From assembly GCA_002269645.1 (NCBI GenBank), contig NIVC01000201.1:1-64000 (forward strand): 64,000 nt of DNA, given 5' to 3'. Shown piece by piece: positions 58,801 to 64,000 of the stretch; positions within the stretch are counted from its first letter, which is position 1; each line of letters starts with the position of its first letter. Source of the stretch: Macrostomum lignano. Taxonomy: Eukaryota. The notes beneath the pieces are model-generated. The model was not told the origin of the DNA. It saw only the letters and a list, made by a program, of their open reading frames with translations, and made no database searches. Both the position numbers and the translations under genes were made by a program.

Positions 58801-61800
58801 ATCATAGAAGCGTCATGTAAAAATCATAGAAGCGTCATGTAAAAATCATAGAAGCGTCATGTAAAAATCATAGAAGCGTCATGTAAAAATCATAGAAGCG
58901 TCATGTAAAAATCATAGAAGCGTCATGTAAAAATCATAGAAGCGTCATGTAAAAATCATAGAAGCGTCATGTAAAAATCATAGAAGCGTCATGTAAAAAT
59001 CATAGAAGCGTCATGTAAAAATCATAGAAGCGTCATGTAAAAATCATAGAAGCGTCATGTAAACAATCATAGAAGCGTCATGTAAAAAATCATAGAAGCG
59101 TCATGTAAAAATCATAGAAGCGTCATGTAAAAATCATAGAAGCGTCATGTAAAAATCATAGAAGCGTCATGTAAAAATCATAGAAGCGTCATGTAAAAAT
59201 CATAGAAGCGTCATGTAAAAATCATAGAAGCGTCATGTAAAAATCATAGAAGCGTCATGTAAAAATCATAGAAGCGTCATGTAAAAATCATAGAAGCGTC
59301 ATGTAAAAAATCATAGAAGCGTCATGTAAAAATCATAGAAGCGTCATGTAAAAATCATAGAAGCGTCATGTAAACAATCATAGAAGCGTCATGTAAAAAT
59401 CATAGAAGCGTCATGTAAAAATCATAGAAGCGTCATGTAAAATCATAGAAGCGTCATGTAAAAATCATAGAAGCGTCATGTAAAAATCATAGAAGCGTCA
59501 TGTAAAAATCATAGAAGCGTCATGTAAAAATCATAGAAGCGTCATGTAAAAATCATAGAAGCGTCATGTAAAAATCATAGAAGCGTCATGTAAACAATCA
59601 TAGAAGCGTCATGTAAAAATCATAGAAGCGTCATGTAAAAATCATAGAAGCGTCATGTAAAAATCATAGAAGCGTCATGTAAAAATCATAGAAGCGTCAT
59701 GTAAAAATCATAGAAGCGTCATGTAAAAATCATAGAAGCGTCATGTAAAAATCATAGAAGCGTCATGTAAACAATCATAGAAGCGTCATGTAAAAATCAT
59801 AGAAGCGTCATGTAAAAATCATAGAAGCGTCATGTAAAAATCATAGAAGCGTCATGTAAAAATCATAGAAGCGTCATGTAAAAATCATAGAAGCGTCATG
59901 TAAAAATCATAGAAGCGTCATGTAAAAATCATAGAAGCGTCATGTAAAAATCATAGAAGCGTCATGTAAAAATCATAGAAGCGTCATGTAAAAATCATAG
60001 AAGCGTCATGTAAAAATCATAGAAGCGTCATGTAAAAATCATAGAAGCGTCATGTAAAAATCATAGAAGCGTCATGTAAAAATCATAGAAGCGTCATGTA
60101 AAAATCATAGAAGCGTCATGTAAAAATCATAGAAGCGTCATGTAAAAATCATAGAAGCGTCATGTAAAAATCATAGAAGCGTCATGTAAAAATCATAGAA
60201 GCGTCATGTAAAAATCATAGAAGCGTCATGTAAAAATCATAGAAGCGTCATGTAAAAATCATAGAAGCGTCATGTAAAAATCATAGAAGCGTCATGTAAA
60301 AATCATAGAAGCGTCATGTAAAAATCATAGAAGCGTCATGTAAAAATCATAGAAGCGTCATGTAAAAATCATAGAAGCGTCATGTAAAAATCATAGAAGC
60401 GTCATGTAAAAATCATAGAAGCGTCATGTAAAAATCATAGAAGCGTCATGTAAAAATCATAGAAGCGTCATGTAAAAATCATAGAAGCGTCATGTAAAAA
60501 TCATAGAAGCGTCATGTAAAAATCATAGAAGCGTCATGTAAAAATCATAGAAGCGTCATGTAAAAATCATAGAAGCGTCATGTAAAAATCATAGAAGCGT
60601 CATGTAAAAATCATAGAAGCGTCATGTAAAAATCATAGAAGCGTCATGTAAAAATCATAGAAGCGTCATGTAAAAATCATAGAAGCGTCATGTAAAAATC
60701 ATAGAAGCGTCATGTAAAAATCATAGAAGCGTCATGTAAAAATCATAGAAGCGTCATGTAAAAATCATAGAAGCGTCATGTAAAAATCATAGAAGCGTCA
60801 TGTAAAAATCATAGAAGCGTCATGTAAAAATCATAGAAGCGTCATGTAAAAATCATAGAAGCGTCATGTAAAAATCATAGAAGCGTCATGTAAAAATCAT
60901 AGAAGCGTCATGTAAAAATCATAGAAGCGTCATGTAAAAATCATAGAAGCGTCATGTAAAAATCATAGAAGCGTCATGTAAACAATCATAGAAGCGTCAT
61001 GTAAAAATCATAGAAGCGTCATGTAAAAATCATAGAAGCGTCATGTAAAAATCATAGAAGCGTCATGTAAAAATCATAGAAGCGTCATGTAAAAATCATA
61101 GAAGCGTCATGTAAAAATCATAGAAGCGTCATGTAAAAATCATAGAAGCGTCATGTAAAAATCATAGAAGCGTCATGTAAAAATCATAGAAGCGTCATGT
61201 AAAAATCATAGAAGCGTCATGTAAAAATCATAGAAGCGTCATGTAAAAATCATAGAAGCGTCATGTAAAAATCATAGAAGCGTCATGTAAAAATCATAGA
61301 AGCGTCATGTAAAAATCATAGAAGCGTCATGTAAAAATCATAGAAGCGTCATGTAAAAATCATAGAAGCGTCATGTAAAAATCATAGAAGCGTCATGTAA
61401 AAATCATAGAAGCGTCATGTAAAAATCATAGAAGCGTCATGTAAAAATCATAGAAGCGTCATGTAAAAATCATAGAAGCGTCATGTAAAAATCATAGAAG
61501 CGTCATGTAAACAATCATAGAAGCGTCATGTAAAAATCATAGAAGCGTCATGTAAACAATCATAGAAGCGTCATGTAAAAATCATAGAAGCGTCATGTAA
61601 AAATCATAGAAGCGTCATGTAAAAATCATAGAAGCGTCATGTAAAAATCATAGAAGCGTCATGTAAAAATCATAGAAGCGTCATGTAAAAATCATAGAAG
61701 CGTCATGTAAAAATCATAGAAGCGTCATGTAAACAATCATAGAAGCGTCATGTAAAAATCATAGAAGCGTCATGTAAAAATCATAGAAGCGTCATGTAAA

Positions 61801-64000
61801 AATCATAGAAGCGTCATGTAAAAATCATAGAAGCGTCATGTAAAAATCATAGAAGCGTCATGTAAAAATCATAGAAGCGTCATGTAAAAATCATAGAAGC
61901 GTCATGTAAACAATCATAGAAGCGTCATGTAAAAATCATAGAAGCGTCATGTAAAAATCATAGAAGCGTCATGTAAAAAATCATAGAAGCGTCATGTAAA
62001 AATCATAGAAGCGTCATGTAAAAATCATAGAAGCGTCATTAAAAAATCATAGAAGCGTCATGTAAAAATCATAGAAGCGTCATGTAAAAATCATAGAAGC
62101 GTCATGTAAAAATCATAGAAGCGTCATGTAAAAAATCATAGAAGCGTCATGTAAAAATCATAGAAGCGTCATGTAAAAATCATAGAAGCGTCATGTAAAA
62201 ATCATAGAAGCGTCATGTAAAAATCATAGAAGCGTCATGTAAAAATCATAGAAGCGTCATGTAAAAATCATAGAAGCGTCATGTAAAAATCATAGAAGCG
62301 TCATGTAAAAATCATAGAAGCGTCATGTAAACAATCATAGAAGCGTCATGTAAACAATCATAGAAGCGTCATGTAAACAATCATAGAAGCGTCATGTAAA
62401 AATCATAGAAGCGTCATGTAAACAATCATAGAAGCGTCATGTAAAAATCATAGAAGCGTCATGTAAAAATCATAGAAGCGTCATGTAAAAATCATAGAAG
62501 CGTCATGTAAAAATCATAGAAGCGTCATGTAAACAATCATAGAAGCGTCATGTAAACAATCATAGAAGCGTCATGTAAACAATCATAGAAGCGTCATGTA
62601 AAAATCATAGAAGCGTCATGTAAAAATCATAGAAGCGTCATGTTAAAAATCATAGAAGCGTCATGTAAAAATCATAGAAGCGTCATTAAAAATCATAGAA
62701 GCGTCATGTAAAAATCATAGAAGCGTCATTAAAAATCATAGAAGCGTCATGTAAAAATCATAGAAGCGTCATGTAAAAATCATAGAAGCGTCATGTAAAA
62801 ATCATAGAAGCGTCATGTAAAAATCATAGAAGCGTCATGTAAACAATCATAGAAGCGTCATGTAAAAATCATAGAAGCGTCATGTAAACAATCATAGAAG
62901 CGTCATTTAAAAATCATAGAAGCGTCATGTAAACAATCATAGAAGCGTCATTAAAAATCATAGAAGCGTCATTAAAAATCATAGAAGCGTCATGTAAACA
63001 ATCATAGAAGCGTCATTTAAAAATCATAGAAGCGTCATGTAAACAATCATAGAAGCGTCATTAAAAAATCATAGAAGCGTCATGTAAACAATCATAGAAG
63101 CGTCATGTAAAAAATCATAGAAGCGTCATGTAAACAATCATAGAAGCGTCATGTAAAAAATCATAGAAGCGTCATGTAAAAATCATAGAAGCGTCATTAA
63201 AAATCATAGAAGCGTCATGTAAAAAATCATAGAAGCGTCATGTAAAAATCATAGAAGCGTCATGTAAACAATCATAGAAGCGTCATGTAAACAATCATAG
63301 AAGCGTCATGTAAACAATCATAGAAGCGTCATGTAAAAAATCATAGAAGCGTCATGTAAACAATCATAGAAGCGTCATGTAAAAAATCATAGAAGCGTCA
63401 TGTAAAAATCATAGAAGCGTCATTAAAAATCATAGAAGCGTCATGTAAAAATCATAGAAGCGTCATGTAAAAATCATAGAAGCGTCATGTAAAAAATCAT
63501 AGAAGCGTCATGTAAAAAATCATAGAAGCGTCATGTAAAAATCATAGAAGCGTCATGTAAACAATCATAGAAGCGTCATGTAAACAATCATAGAAGCGTC
63601 ATGTAAACAATCATAGAAGCGTCATGTAAAAATCATAGAAGCGTCATTTAAAAATCATAGAAGCGTCATGTAAAAATCATAGAAGCGTCATGTAAAAAAT
63701 CATAGAAGCGTCATGTAAAAATCATAGAAGCGTCATTAAAAAATCATAGAAGCGTCATGTAAAAATCATAGAAGCGTCATGTAAAAATCATAGAAGCGTC
63801 ATGTAAACAATCATAGAAGCGTCATGTAAACAATCATAGAAGCGTCATGTAAAAATCATAGAAGCGTCATGTAAAAATCATAGAAGCGTCATGTAAACAA
63901 TCATAGAAGCGTCATGTAAAAATCATAGAAGCGTCATGTAAAAATCATAGAAGCGTCATGTAAAAATCATAGAAGCGTCATGTAAAAATCATAGAAGCGT
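46817..64000. repeat. 22-bp satellite (TCATAGAAGCGTCATGTAAAAA; 23-bp AAACAA and AAAAAA variants), more than 17 kb, roughly 770 copies, continues past the window end
   Basis: Uninterrupted tandem array; copy number estimated as length divided by unit length. Confidence 0.99.

Noticed and set aside
46817-64000. CRISPR-like array
   Set aside because: Units are directly adjacent with no unique spacers, there are no cas genes, and the context is eukaryotic.

Overview
Eukaryotic (metazoan-type) genomic DNA with GT-AG introns, GC-rich exons and TTAGGG-like repeats. An invertebrate such as a flatworm is my guess from this organisation only. (1) About 0.25-13.45 kb: a Polinton/Maverick-type element. 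It encodes a protein-primed PolB (split by four 1-nt frameshifts), an A32-like packaging ATPase, an adenain-like Cys protease and an rve integrase with chromodomain (one in-frame TAG). It has no recognisable capsid gene, but it carries a divergent TATA-binding-protein-like gene, a tandem PC4-like gene and a Zn-finger/acidic/repeat ORF. The same ATATAAGGAC motif lies upstream of both inward-facing terminal genes. This virus-like element with its own basal-transcription-type module is the most notable system here. (2) 14.1-32.6 kb: host genes. These are a 7-exon CYP20-like P450 (with a non-autonomous LTR element and a solo LTR in its introns), an XLF/NHEJ1-like exon, and two paralogous IAP-like genes whose BIR-like domain lacks the His ligand but keeps four identically spaced Cys. 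Most large introns hold their own minisatellite. (3) 33-46.8 kb: a non-coding mosaic of foldback/MITE/Helitron-like pieces, duplicated modules with interstitial telomere-like repeats, and GA-rich tracts. (4) 46.8-64 kb: a 22-bp satellite array of more than 17 kb that runs off the window end. All family assignments come from motif recognition by eye; no searches were run.
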